Below are positions 39,616 through 48,542 of a DNA stretch of 64,000 nt, in pieces. This stretch comes from Candidatus Poribacteria bacterium (lineage in GTDB: Bacteria > Poribacteria > WGA-4E > WGA-3G). Each line of letters starts with the position of its first letter. The first letter of the stretch is position 1. The stretch is taken from the NCBI GenBank assembly GCA_965198235.1, contig OZ240248.1:1664001-1728000 (forward strand). The letters are read 5' to 3'. Both the position numbers and the translations under genes were made by a program. A model generated the notes under the pieces. That model was not told the DNA's origin, made no database searches, and saw only the letters and a list, made by a program, of their open reading frames with translations.

Positions 39616-40719
39616 TTACCGAAGTTTCAATGTGCTTAAGGCGATTAAGACCAAAATAAGCCCCACAATCCAAAATCGGATGACAACTTTGGATTCCTTC
39701 CACCCTGAGAGCAGGAAGTGATAATGGATAGGAGACATTTTGAACACACGTTTGCCAAATGTACGGAATGACCAGACTTGGATGATGACCGATAATGTTT
39801 CAGCGACGAAAATGGCACCGACTATCACGAGTAGGAATTCCTGCTTTATAAGCACTGCTACCGTTCCAAGTGTGGCACCGAGTGCCAGCGATCCAGTATC
39901 TCCCATAAAGACTTGCGCCGGATGCCCATTATACCATAGAAATCCCAAGCCTGCCCCGACCAATGCTGCACAGAAAACTGCTGTAACTTCTCCTCCTACT
40001 GGTAGGTGAAAGATGTCCAGGTACGCTGCAATCTCGCTGTGGCTCGTCATGTACCCGACTATACCTAAGGTCCCTGCAACAAACAGGGTGCATCCAATTG
40101 CTAATCCGTCCATTCCATCCGTAAGATTGACTGCATTAGAGGCCGCAACTATGACCAGAGTTGCAAAAGGGATAAACAGAATACCTAAATTTGGCTGAAC
40201 CTCTTTGAAAAAAGGAAGGATCAGCGATGTCCGTGTTGTTAAATCTCCAGTGTGCGTGGGACCCCACTGGTAAAGATAACCAGCAATCGCTAATGCTCCT
40301 ACTGTTTGAAGTCCAATCTTATGCCAACCGCGGAGTCCTAAGGATTGTTGCTTTACCAATTTGCTGTAATCATCTAAGAATCCGAGTCCACCGAACCAGA
40401 GTGTTGTTAGGATCATCAAGTAGATATAGGGTTGATCCAAACGCGACCAGAACACTACGGATATCAGGACGGAAACGATAATAAGCACGCCTCCCATTGT
40501 TGGAGTCCCTGCTTTACTTTGGTAATCTTTTGGTCCCTCTTCGCGTATGTGTTCGCCGATTCGGAGTTGTTTGAGCCGATTTATCATGAACGGTCCCAAG
40601 ACAAGCGCGATAATCAGTGATGTTGCCGTTGCATAAATTGCTCGGATACTGATGTAACGAAAAATGTTGAATGGCGAAAAGACATCAACGAGGTTCTCAT
40701 ATAGGAGATGGTAAAACAT
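39616..40719 (-). CDS. mraY: Phospho-N-acetylmuramoyl-pentapeptide transferase
   Basis: KAGTPTMGG, DDY, NAVNLTDGMDGLA, FMGDTGS. Confidence 0.96.
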   Translation of the reverse strand: MFYHLLYENLVDVFSPFNIFRYISIRAIYATATSLIIALVLGPFMINRLKQLRIGEHIREEGPKDYQSKAGTPTMGGVLIIVSVLISVVFWSRLDQPYIYLMILTTLWFGGLGFLDDYSKLVKQQSLGLRGWHKIGLQTVGALAIAGYLYQWGPTHTGDLTTRTSLILPFFKEVQPNLGILFIPFATLVIVAASNAVNLTDGMDGLAIGCTLFVAGTLGIVGYMTSHSEIAAYLDIFHLPVGGEVTAVFCAALVGAGLGFLWYNGHPAQVFMGDTGSLALGATLGTVAVLIKQEFLLVIVGAIFVAETLSVIIQVWSFRTFGKRVFKMSPIHYHFLLSGWKESKVVIRFWIVGLILVLIALSTLKLR

Positions 40720-40747
40720 TTTTCTTAAAAGGCGACCGGTGATAATT

Positions 40748-41944
40748 TCACGCGGTGCCTCCTAACTTATTGCCCTTCTTCAATTTGGCAAGACTCGCAC
40801 CTGCTTGGCTTAGGAGGTTCGTCGTATATGTATAAGTTAACGCATTTTTCTCTGCATGTGCCGTAAATGCTAAGTCGATGAGATCGGATACAAGATGCGG
40901 AAACTCAATGCCTTGATGCGTCCACAAGTAGTAACTATATGATCCGGGAATGGTGTTGATTTCATTCACGTAAACGTTCTCGTTTGCATCTACGAGAAAA
41001 TCGATACGTGCTACACCGGCGCAATCTAAAACCTGAAAGGTATATATCGCAAGATTTTGTATATATAACGTCAATTCTTCTGAAATGGGTGCAGGAATTT
41101 TCCTGTCCGCACCTGCCATTCCTGAAGATTCTCCATTTTGATGGATGTATTTATCATCAAAACTGAGAAAGTTTGCCTGGGTCACAGGTTGTTCGCAGAC
41201 AGAGGCAGTTGGATCGTCCGTACCCATTACAGCACAGTTGATTTCGAGAGGATTCTCAACCGCTTTTTCGACGAGAATTCTACGCGAATAATGTCCCGCA
41301 ACTTCCGCAGCACCGCAAAGTTCATCTTGGTTTTTAACATGGCTGACCCCGATACTTGAGCCGCTCATTGCGGGCTTGACAAACAGTGGGTAAGAAAGCG
41401 ATGCTTCCACCTTTTTGATGAGTTCGTCACGGCGCGTTTCCCAATCATGATGAGTCCAACATAAATACGGAAGTATTGGAAGTTCATTTTCGCTGAGAAT
41501 TGCCTTCATCATGATTTTATCCATACCGACAGCGGCACCGACGACTCGCGCACCAACGTAGGGCAGATTCATAAGCTCAAGTAACCCTTGAAGCGTTCCA
41601 TCTTCGCCGTGCATGCCGTGTATTGATGGAAAGACGATATCTACTGGAAGAACAGCTCTTTTCTGACCGAGCCACTGTTTAGAGGTAACAACAAATTGCG
41701 GGTTCGGATGAAATTCAACGCTGACTTTGTCGAAGTCGGCTGGGTGTGGCAGATTTCCATCAGTAAAGGTAGACAAATCGCGAAGGGCATCGCCGGTTAA
41801 CCACTCGCCATTTTTTGTGACATAAATCGGGATAACGTGATGGTTTTCTTGTAAAGCGATGCAAACTTGGTGTGCAGTTACGATTGAGACTTCGTGTTCA
41901 GGTGTGCATCCGCCAAATATAAGGGCTACATTGTATTTTGACAT
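40748..41944 (-). CDS. ddl: D-alanine--D-alanine ligase
   Basis: FGG..EHEVS, HG..GEDG.LQG, GSSIG, DKY, NEINTIPG. Confidence 0.92.
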   Translation of the reverse strand: MSKYNVALIFGGCTPEHEVSIVTAHQVCIALQENHHVIPIYVTKNGEWLTGDALRDLSTFTDGNLPHPADFDKVSVEFHPNPQFVVTSKQWLGQKRAVLPVDIVFPSIHGMHGEDGTLQGLLELMNLPYVGARVVGAAVGMDKIMMKAILSENELPILPYLCWTHHDWETRRDELIKKVEASLSYPLFVKPAMSGSSIGVSHVKNQDELCGAAEVAGHYSRRILVEKAVENPLEINCAVMGTDDPTASVCEQPVTQANFLSFDDKYIHQNGESSGMAGADRKIPAPISEELTLYIQNLAIYTFQVLDCAGVARIDFLVDANENVYVNEINTIPGSYSYYLWTHQGIEFPHLVSDLIDLAFTAHAEKNALTYTYTTNLLSQAGASLAKLKKGNKLGGTA

Positions 41945-42049
41945 TTTTTTAATGGCTTTCAGCAGTTGGCTATCGGCTATCAGTTAAGAGGTTTTCGTTT
42001 AATAGAAGCCTTTTGTGACTGATGGCTGACGGCTGATGGCTGACGGCTA
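41945..42049. repeat. Heptamer-armed element (family B)
   Basis: Left ctatcgg/ctatcag, right (ctgatgg ctgacgg)x2; core ATCAGTTAAGAGGTTTTCGTTTAA identical to 44506-44529. Confidence 0.75.
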
Positions 42050-43699
42050 TTCCTCGTAGTTGTCCGGGAGGTCGTTTTCAAAAAGGACAACATCACCGGC
42101 TTGCACTTGTGTTGCTAAATGTTGTTTGACTTCTTCGAGGTTGAGTGTGACAATGATTTGCTGGCTCGGATAGTGGACGGCTTTCAAGCCGTCTAAAATC
42201 GGGGTAGTCCGCTTGGGTCCCACTAAAATAACCAAATCACAGACATCGGCTGCGTGTTCTCCGAGACGCTTATTTTCTTCGTATTCCCTTTCGCCGAGTT
42301 CTACCATCCCAGGTGTCACTAACACCTTTTTACCACCTTGGATCTCGGTGAGGACTTCAAGAGCCGCTTTCGCGCCGACTGGGTTCGCGTTGAAGCTATC
42401 GTCAATGATGGTTACGTTGCCTTCACTGGAGGTCAATTGCAAGCGGTGTGGAACAGGTTCAACGTTAGCGATTGCTACCCGAATTTCCTCAAGCGTCATC
42501 CCACATTCTGTTGCAACTGCCGTTGCAGCGAGAATGTTGGATACGTTATGCCTGCCCAAAAGTTGTGCCCGAATTTCTGCCGTCCCGACAGATGTGTGTA
42601 TTGTGAAAGCAAGACCTTCGTCGGTGTGTTGAATGTTCGTGGCAGTTAACTCGGCACGCTCAGCAGCCGAGGCTATAGGAAATGGTTCCGTCGCGTACCG
42701 GCGCACTGGGTTGCCATCATGCTCCCGTTTATCGGCAAGTCCAGCGCAAATTTCATTGTCGCAATTGAAGACTGCAAGCCCGCCCGGTGGGAGTGATTCG
42801 ATCAACTCATATTTCGTTTTGGCAATATTCTCTATGTTTTTGAATCGTTCTAAGTGCTGTGGTCCAACAGTTGTGAGAATGCCGATTTGGGGGGATGCTA
42901 AGTTACACAATTCTCGGATGTCGCCACGTTTGTAAGCCCCCATTTCAACGATGAATATCTCATGTTCGGCGGTAAGTTCCCCGCGGATGACCTTGCAGAT
43001 ACCCATTGGTGTATTGTAACTGTCGGGTGTCATCAATGTGTTAAATTTTTGGGACAAAATCTGATATAGAATATATTTAGTACTCGTCTTGCCGTAACTT
43101 CCTGTGATCCCGACAACTTTGGGCTGGAACGTTTTGATTCGCTTTCTTGCTGAAAGGAGATACGTCCCATTTATGGTACGCTCCAAAGGGTAGATAAGAA
43201 AATTAGCAATCGTTAAATTAATGACGGTTACTTCGCTAAAGAGGAAAATTGAAATTCGCCATCGAGGAAACGCCCAAGCAAAAACACTTGTCTTTGCTAT
43301 AAGCACGAGTGTTGTCGCAATGCCAATGAGCAAGCAAATCGAGAGCCCAAACACCCGTTTCGCGCGTGCCGTGTAAACGAGTGGTTTTTTTGCTTCAACC
43401 TTTTTCCGTTGCGTGCTCATATAGATTTGAAACCCTCCCCAAACCAAGCACAGCACAGGAAACAGCCACGTATCGTTATATTGTGGGTAGAACGCGGTCA
43501 GGATGAGAATTCCACCAATAGCGAGAATCTCTTTAGTTTCAAAACAATTCCTCAGATGCTGACGCATCCACTTCAGGTACCGACCCGTCTTATAGCCATC
43601 GAGTTGGAGTATATGGAGCCCCCGCGTAGTCCTGACGACTGCCCTTACTAAACAGGTTAGCGTCGCGAAGTAGAAAAATACAGTACTCATCGTTTCCAA
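42047..43699 (-). CDS. murF: UDP-MurNAc-tripeptide--D-Ala-D-Ala ligase with N-terminal membrane domain
   Basis: GITGSYGKTSTK, NTPMG, EMG, DDSFNANP, GMVELG, ENDLPD; ~170-aa hydrophobic N-extension. Confidence 0.88.
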   Translation of the reverse strand: METMSTVFFYFATLTCLVRAVVRTTRGLHILQLDGYKTGRYLKWMRQHLRNCFETKEILAIGGILILTAFYPQYNDTWLFPVLCLVWGGFQIYMSTQRKKVEAKKPLVYTARAKRVFGLSICLLIGIATTLVLIAKTSVFAWAFPRWRISIFLFSEVTVINLTIANFLIYPLERTINGTYLLSARKRIKTFQPKVVGITGSYGKTSTKYILYQILSQKFNTLMTPDSYNTPMGICKVIRGELTAEHEIFIVEMGAYKRGDIRELCNLASPQIGILTTVGPQHLERFKNIENIAKTKYELIESLPPGGLAVFNCDNEICAGLADKREHDGNPVRRYATEPFPIASAAERAELTATNIQHTDEGLAFTIHTSVGTAEIRAQLLGRHNVSNILAATAVATECGMTLEEIRVAIANVEPVPHRLQLTSSEGNVTIIDDSFNANPVGAKAALEVLTEIQGGKKVLVTPGMVELGEREYEENKRLGEHAADVCDLVILVGPKRTTPILDGLKAVHYPSQQIIVTLNLEEVKQHLATQVQAGDVVLFENDLPDNYEE

Positions 43700-43717
43700 T
43701 TTCTAATTTTCCTTAAC

Positions 43718-44470
43718 TTAAAAATTCAAGAAGTTTGCGACAATTCGGCAAAACTGTGGAAACCTGTCAAGGTACGAAAAATGTCCCGCTTCCTTTAGAA
43801 CAACTAATCCTGCGTCAGGTATTTCCTTCTCCATGATTTGTCCGAAAGACACGGGTGTATCCTTGTCGTTTTCACCCCAGATTAACAGTGTTGATGCGGT
43901 TATCCGAGGCAAGAGCGAGCGCAGGTCCTGATTCACGACTTTGACAAGCGTGGCACGCATATCTCCGGCATTCTGGTAGTCTTTGGAGCCGGCACGTGCG
44001 GACATCGCGTCTGCAATGAGAACACCATATTTCCCGCATCGACGGAGCAATTTACCGATTTTTGCCAAACCTACGCGAAGATGGTATTTTGCGGTTCGAC
44101 GCGGTTTGATTCCCGCGCTGTCAACCAAGATAAGTTTATCGATTTTTTCAGGGTATTCCGCTGAGACGATAATCGAAATTCTACCGCCAAAGGAGTGCCC
44201 GATGAAGTGAGCCTTCGGAATGCAAAACTTCTCCAGAAACGCTATAACGAACTGCGCATAGTCGGAGGTATTCCACGCTGTAGGTGGAATCTGACTCTTA
44301 CCGAACCCCGGCAAATCCAGTGCGTAGACTTTGTGGGATTGTGTGAGCCACTCAAAAACCGGTTGAAAACTCGCCGCTTCTCCACCCCAGCCATGCAGGA
44401 GGAGAACAATGTCACCCTCTCCGGCAACCTGATATGAGGTCTTCAGACCGTTAATCTCCGTACTCTGCAT
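43718..44470 (-). CDS. Alpha/beta hydrolase
   Basis: LLHGWG, DLPGFG, GHSFGG, WGEND, GHF. Confidence 0.9.
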   Translation of the reverse strand: MQSTEINGLKTSYQVAGEGDIVLLLHGWGGEAASFQPVFEWLTQSHKVYALDLPGFGKSQIPPTAWNTSDYAQFVIAFLEKFCIPKAHFIGHSFGGRISIIVSAEYPEKIDKLILVDSAGIKPRRTAKYHLRVGLAKIGKLLRRCGKYGVLIADAMSARAGSKDYQNAGDMRATLVKVVNQDLRSLLPRITASTLLIWGENDKDTPVSFGQIMEKEIPDAGLVVLKEAGHFSYLDRFPQFCRIVANFLNF

Positions 44471-44572
44471 GTTTTTTAAAGGCTATCGGAAACCATCGGT
44501 TCTCCATCAGTTAAGAGGTTTTCGTTTAACGTTCGTTTAACGGAAGTCTTTTTGCTGATTGCTGATTGCCAT
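44471..44572. repeat. Heptamer-armed element (family B)
   Basis: Same 24-nt core as 41979-42002; right arm gctgattgctgattgcc encodes the murE C-terminus AISNQQ. Confidence 0.75.
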
Positions 44573-46054
44573 TTCCAAAAAATCTGAGGCGATAACCCTA
44601 TCGTCAAAGGGAAATCTTTTGCCATTAATTTCCTGATAATCCTCATGTCCTTTACCCGCGATTACAACAACATCACCGGATTTTGCCGTCGCGATTGCGT
44701 GATGAATAGCGTCGCGTCTCTCTGAAATACACACATACTCGGTATCATGTGGTAAATTTGACGCAATTTGCGCGATGATTTCATCAGGGGCTTCGGTGCG
44801 CGGATTGTCGGAAGTAATCACGCTATAATCCGCAATTTGGGCAGAAATATTTCCCATCTTAGGACGCTTTCCCTTATCCCTATCGCCACCGCATCCGAAA
44901 ACACAAATCAAATTACATTCAGCAACACGCTTGGCGGCAGTCAACACATTTTCTAAACCATCGGGTGTATGTGCATAGTCAACGATGACAGCGAAATCCT
45001 GTCCTCGATCAACAAGCTCAAATCGACCGGGAACTATAGTAGCGGCGAGACCTTCCTGAATTGCTGAGAGCGGACAATCGTAACGAAGCCCAACAGCAAT
45101 GGCGGCAAGGGCATTGTAAAGGTTGTATTCTCCGAGTAATCGTAACTTAGCGGGGATTCGTCCATCTGGCGTAACCGCTGTAAACACCAATCGATTATGA
45201 GAAAAATTAATATCCTCGGCATATAGATCCGCTTTTTCACCAAGTCCGTACATCGTAGGAGGGGTTTGTAACCCCGAAACCTTGCAGGCGTGGGCAATGC
45301 GCTCCGCTACCGGTGAGTCGCTGTTCAAGATCGCAACGCCTTCCTTGTCGAGTTGCTCGAACAACATCAGTTTCGCCTTTAAATATGCTTCCATCGTTTG
45401 ATGGTAATCAAGGTGGTCCTGGGTGAAGTTGGTAAAAACAGCCGTATCGAAGGTAAGCCCTGCCAGTCGCTGCAGTGCTAACCCTTGGGAGGAGGTTTCC
45501 ATCGTAACGTATTCTACGTTGTCCTCAGTAAACTGCTTGAAAAGAGCATGGAGTGCGAACGCATCGGGGGTTGTGAGGGAAGCAGAGAGTGTTTCCTCTT
45601 CGCCTTGGGCGTTTGTGTACTGGTGTCCGACTGTTCCAATGAGTGCTGTTTTCCGCCCGCTTGCCTTGAATATGGCATGTATAAGGTGTGCTGTTGAGGT
45701 TTTACCGTTGGTGCCTGTAATACCGATGAGTTTAAGACGTTTTGCAGGGTTTCCGTGCCAATTGGCGGCAAGTAAGGACATCGCTCGGCGTCCGCAGGGA
45801 ACTCGCACATAGGTAATCGGCTTTTCTTGGGTCTCTATAGTTGTTATCGGTTTTTCACCAATGACAACTGCTGCTCCTTTTTGAAGTGCATCTGGAATGA
45901 AGTTGTGACTATCCACGCTGATGCCTTGATAACAGACAAAAACATTACCGAATTCGACTTTCCGATTGTCACTGGCAACACCCGTAATATCAATATCCAG
46001 CGATCCAGAACTTGTGGTAATGTTAAGCCCACGGAGCAGTTGACGAAGCTTCAC
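44537..46054 (-). CDS. murE: UDP-MurNAc-dipeptide--diaminopimelate ligase
   Basis: GTNGKTST, TTPD, DHLDYH, DYAHTPD, GCGGDRD, DNPR, AGKGHE. Confidence 0.96.
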   Translation of the reverse strand: MKLRQLLRGLNITTSSGSLDIDITGVASDNRKVEFGNVFVCYQGISVDSHNFIPDALQKGAAVVIGEKPITTIETQEKPITYVRVPCGRRAMSLLAANWHGNPAKRLKLIGITGTNGKTSTAHLIHAIFKASGRKTALIGTVGHQYTNAQGEEETLSASLTTPDAFALHALFKQFTEDNVEYVTMETSSQGLALQRLAGLTFDTAVFTNFTQDHLDYHQTMEAYLKAKLMLFEQLDKEGVAILNSDSPVAERIAHACKVSGLQTPPTMYGLGEKADLYAEDINFSHNRLVFTAVTPDGRIPAKLRLLGEYNLYNALAAIAVGLRYDCPLSAIQEGLAATIVPGRFELVDRGQDFAVIVDYAHTPDGLENVLTAAKRVAECNLICVFGCGGDRDKGKRPKMGNISAQIADYSVITSDNPRTEAPDEIIAQIASNLPHDTEYVCISERRDAIHHAIATAKSGDVVVIAGKGHEDYQEINGKRFPFDDRVIASDFLEMAISNQQKDFR

Positions 46055-47850
46055 AGCCCCTCTCCTTTCAGCGTCGGGGATTGTTTTGTCACAACAGGTG
46101 AAAAGTCGGAGGACTTTTGAAGTTCAGGTCCGAAGAACTCGGTTTGCTTCAAGTATTGCATTGTTTGGGCAGCGACTTGCTGAAAAAGAGGTCCGGCGAT
46201 TTGTCCACTGAAACGTGCCCCTCTCGGTTCATCAAGCATGACGATTATTGATACCATAGGATTCTCTGCTGGTAGGAACCCCATGAAGGACATGATCTCT
46301 TTTCCTGCGTAGCCTCTACCATGTTTTTCAGCTTTTTGGGCTGTTCCTGTTTTTCCTGCCACGCGATATCCTTCAACACGTGCCCGCCGGCCACTACCAT
46401 CTTCAACCACACCGACAAGTATCTCTGTCATCTGTTTCGCTACTATCGGGCGGATTACCTGTCGAACTTCAATGGGGTATTTCTTTTCAATCACCTTTCC
46501 ACTACTGTCCCGAATTTCTCGGGTAATATGTGGACGGAGGAGTTTTCCACCGTTCGCAATGACGTTTAACGCGCTCACCATCTGAAGAGGGGTCACCATA
46601 ATCCCTTGTCCAAACGGGACGGAGCCAAGGGAATGAGTGTCCCAGTGCTTTACGGCATGAAGACTTCCGCTGTGTTCATAAGGCAGGTCTACACCGGTCG
46701 CTTTCCCAAAGCCGTACTTTTCAATGTAAGTATTAAAGTTCTCATATCCCAATTCCTTCACAACTTTAATCATACCGATATTACTGGATTTGTGGAGGAC
46801 TTGTTCTAAGGTAAGCCATCCTTTTCCCGCGACGTCGCGGATGATTCTACCGTTTGAGAGTCGGTACCGTCCATTCTCGCAAAAGACCGTTGACTCAGGG
46901 CTCATAATACCCTCGTTCAGGACAGCGGAGGATGCAACGATTTTAAAAATCGAACCGGGTTCATACGCAAACCAAACACCGAGATTCCTTTTTGCTTGCT
47001 CGCTCCCGAGCGTGTAATGATTCAAATCGTACGAGGGGTAGCTTGCAAGTGCCAATATCTCTGCCGTTTTTGATGCCAAGACGATGACTGTACCCCGTGG
47101 TGCGTTCCATTTTCGACACGCTGCTGCTAATTCCTGCTCGGCGACGTACTGAATATATTCGTCAAGCGTCAAGACGACACTATACCCATAATCGTCAGTG
47201 GAGTCACCGTTGGTTAACAAGTTTATGGGTTCATTGCGGGCGGCTTCTGCCCGCCGCGCCGCTTGTCGCTGCCTCGCGCTCAAAAGATAATTGTTGTACT
47301 GATACTCAATTCCCTCACCCATATTCTGATCGTTTATATGTCCAATGACTTGGGCGGCGAGTTTCCCTTTCGGATAGGCACGTTGCTGTTCGACTTCGTG
47401 CTTTATACCACGGATGTCTTTCTCAATTGCTCGAATCTCGTCAAGCCGTTCGTAACCCATATCCTTTTTGAGCCACACAAACCGTTTATCCTTGCGGCGA
47501 AGTTGGGTAAGCAATTCAGAGTCGGGAACACCTAAAACCGGGGCAAGCCTGCGAGCAGTTTCACTCGGATCGGTCTTCATATACGTTGGATCAGCATAGA
47601 CGGAGAGGCTGTGACGACTCAGAGCTAAAACATTCCCATGTCTGTCAAGAATTTTGCCTCGTTTTATCGTTGCTGTGCGCGGGGAGCTCCAAGGGTGTCC
47701 AGTTGGTCCTTGGCGTGCCATATCACTGGAGATCTGTACTTTGAACAGTTTGCCAACCAATAATAGGAAACCCACCTGCAGAATAATGAGCACGAAAACC
47801 AATCGGCGAATAGATAAATATGAATTGTTTTTCATGTTTTCCCTATCCAA
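46051..47850 (-). CDS. ftsI: Class B penicillin-binding protein FtsI
   Basis: RGKILDRHG, EPGSIFK (SxxK), SSN, KTGT. Confidence 0.93.
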   Translation of the reverse strand: MDRENMKNNSYLSIRRLVFVLIILQVGFLLLVGKLFKVQISSDMARQGPTGHPWSSPRTATIKRGKILDRHGNVLALSRHSLSVYADPTYMKTDPSETARRLAPVLGVPDSELLTQLRRKDKRFVWLKKDMGYERLDEIRAIEKDIRGIKHEVEQQRAYPKGKLAAQVIGHINDQNMGEGIEYQYNNYLLSARQRQAARRAEAARNEPINLLTNGDSTDDYGYSVVLTLDEYIQYVAEQELAAACRKWNAPRGTVIVLASKTAEILALASYPSYDLNHYTLGSEQAKRNLGVWFAYEPGSIFKIVASSAVLNEGIMSPESTVFCENGRYRLSNGRIIRDVAGKGWLTLEQVLHKSSNIGMIKVVKELGYENFNTYIEKYGFGKATGVDLPYEHSGSLHAVKHWDTHSLGSVPFGQGIMVTPLQMVSALNVIANGGKLLRPHITREIRDSSGKVIEKKYPIEVRQVIRPIVAKQMTEILVGVVEDGSGRRARVEGYRVAGKTGTAQKAEKHGRGYAGKEIMSFMGFLPAENPMVSIIVMLDEPRGARFSGQIAGPLFQQVAAQTMQYLKQTEFFGPELQKSSDFSPVVTKQSPTLKGEGL

Positions 47851-47913
47851 TTAATGTAAATTTGAGCACCTTCCAACAGAGCAAAAAGGGCACCTTAACC
47901 CTAAAAGACTAAA

Positions 47914-48240
47914 CTATTTATCCCAGACTATCTGTGAGGCTTCGGTGGGTTCAACCATTCCGAGCTCAGTCGCGATTTGCCGAATCCTTTGAACACCCGT
48001 TAAGGTTGATTCTTTCAATTCAAGTCGATGAATTTCGTCCTGAATTTGACGCTTCTGCCTCTCGAAAGTAGGCTGTCGTTGCAAAGCAACCTTCTTGGCG
48101 TAAGATGAGAACCAGATGCTGCCAGAGAAGGTACAGAAAGATAGCACCAGAACAATATACGCTAACGGAAATCTCTTTTTCGGTTTTGGGTCTTCTGTAT
48201 TCGTAATGCGTGTCGAATGACTATTATGTAATGTTTGCAT
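47914..48240 (-). CDS. ftsL: Cell division protein FtsL
   Basis: TM plus coiled coil ending RI..IA.ELGM..P; located between rsmH and ftsI. Confidence 0.75.
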   Translation of the reverse strand: MQTLHNSHSTRITNTEDPKPKKRFPLAYIVLVLSFCTFSGSIWFSSYAKKVALQRQPTFERQKRQIQDEIHRLELKESTLTGVQRIRQIATELGMVEPTEASQIVWDK

Positions 48241-48342
48241 TTATTCAACTACCTAAACGGAGTTGGAAGATGGACTCTATGCTTCAATCCTACGTCCTTT
48301 TACAACTATTCCGCACATATTCATTGGGTGACAAAGGCTCTC

Positions 48343-48500
48343 TTTTTTAAAGGTTGAATACTGTATTTTTAAACGTTGAATGCTGTATTTAAGATACATT
48401 ATAATTGTAAAATTCATCTACTTTCGCAAAGACGAATGGACTTAACCAAAAACCACCGTGAAACGTAGTGGAACGGTGACCAGATTTAATAGTTAGAAAA
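48343..48500. repeat. Junction element, family A, with internal 22-bp tandem duplication
   Basis: ttttttaa start; tttttaaaggttgaatactgta / tttttaaacgttgaatgctgta; right module ccaccgtgaaacgtagtggaacggtgaccagatttaatagtt. Confidence 0.75.
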
Positions 48501-48542
48501 TCATTTTTTCGTTCATAGGGCGGGAAATAGAGGCACCTTACG

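Noticed and set aside
41130-41175. Ddl as a D-Ala-D-Lac ligase
   Set aside because: The omega loop FLSFDDKY keeps the Tyr typical of D-Ala-D-Ala ligases; specificity cannot be reassigned from sequence.
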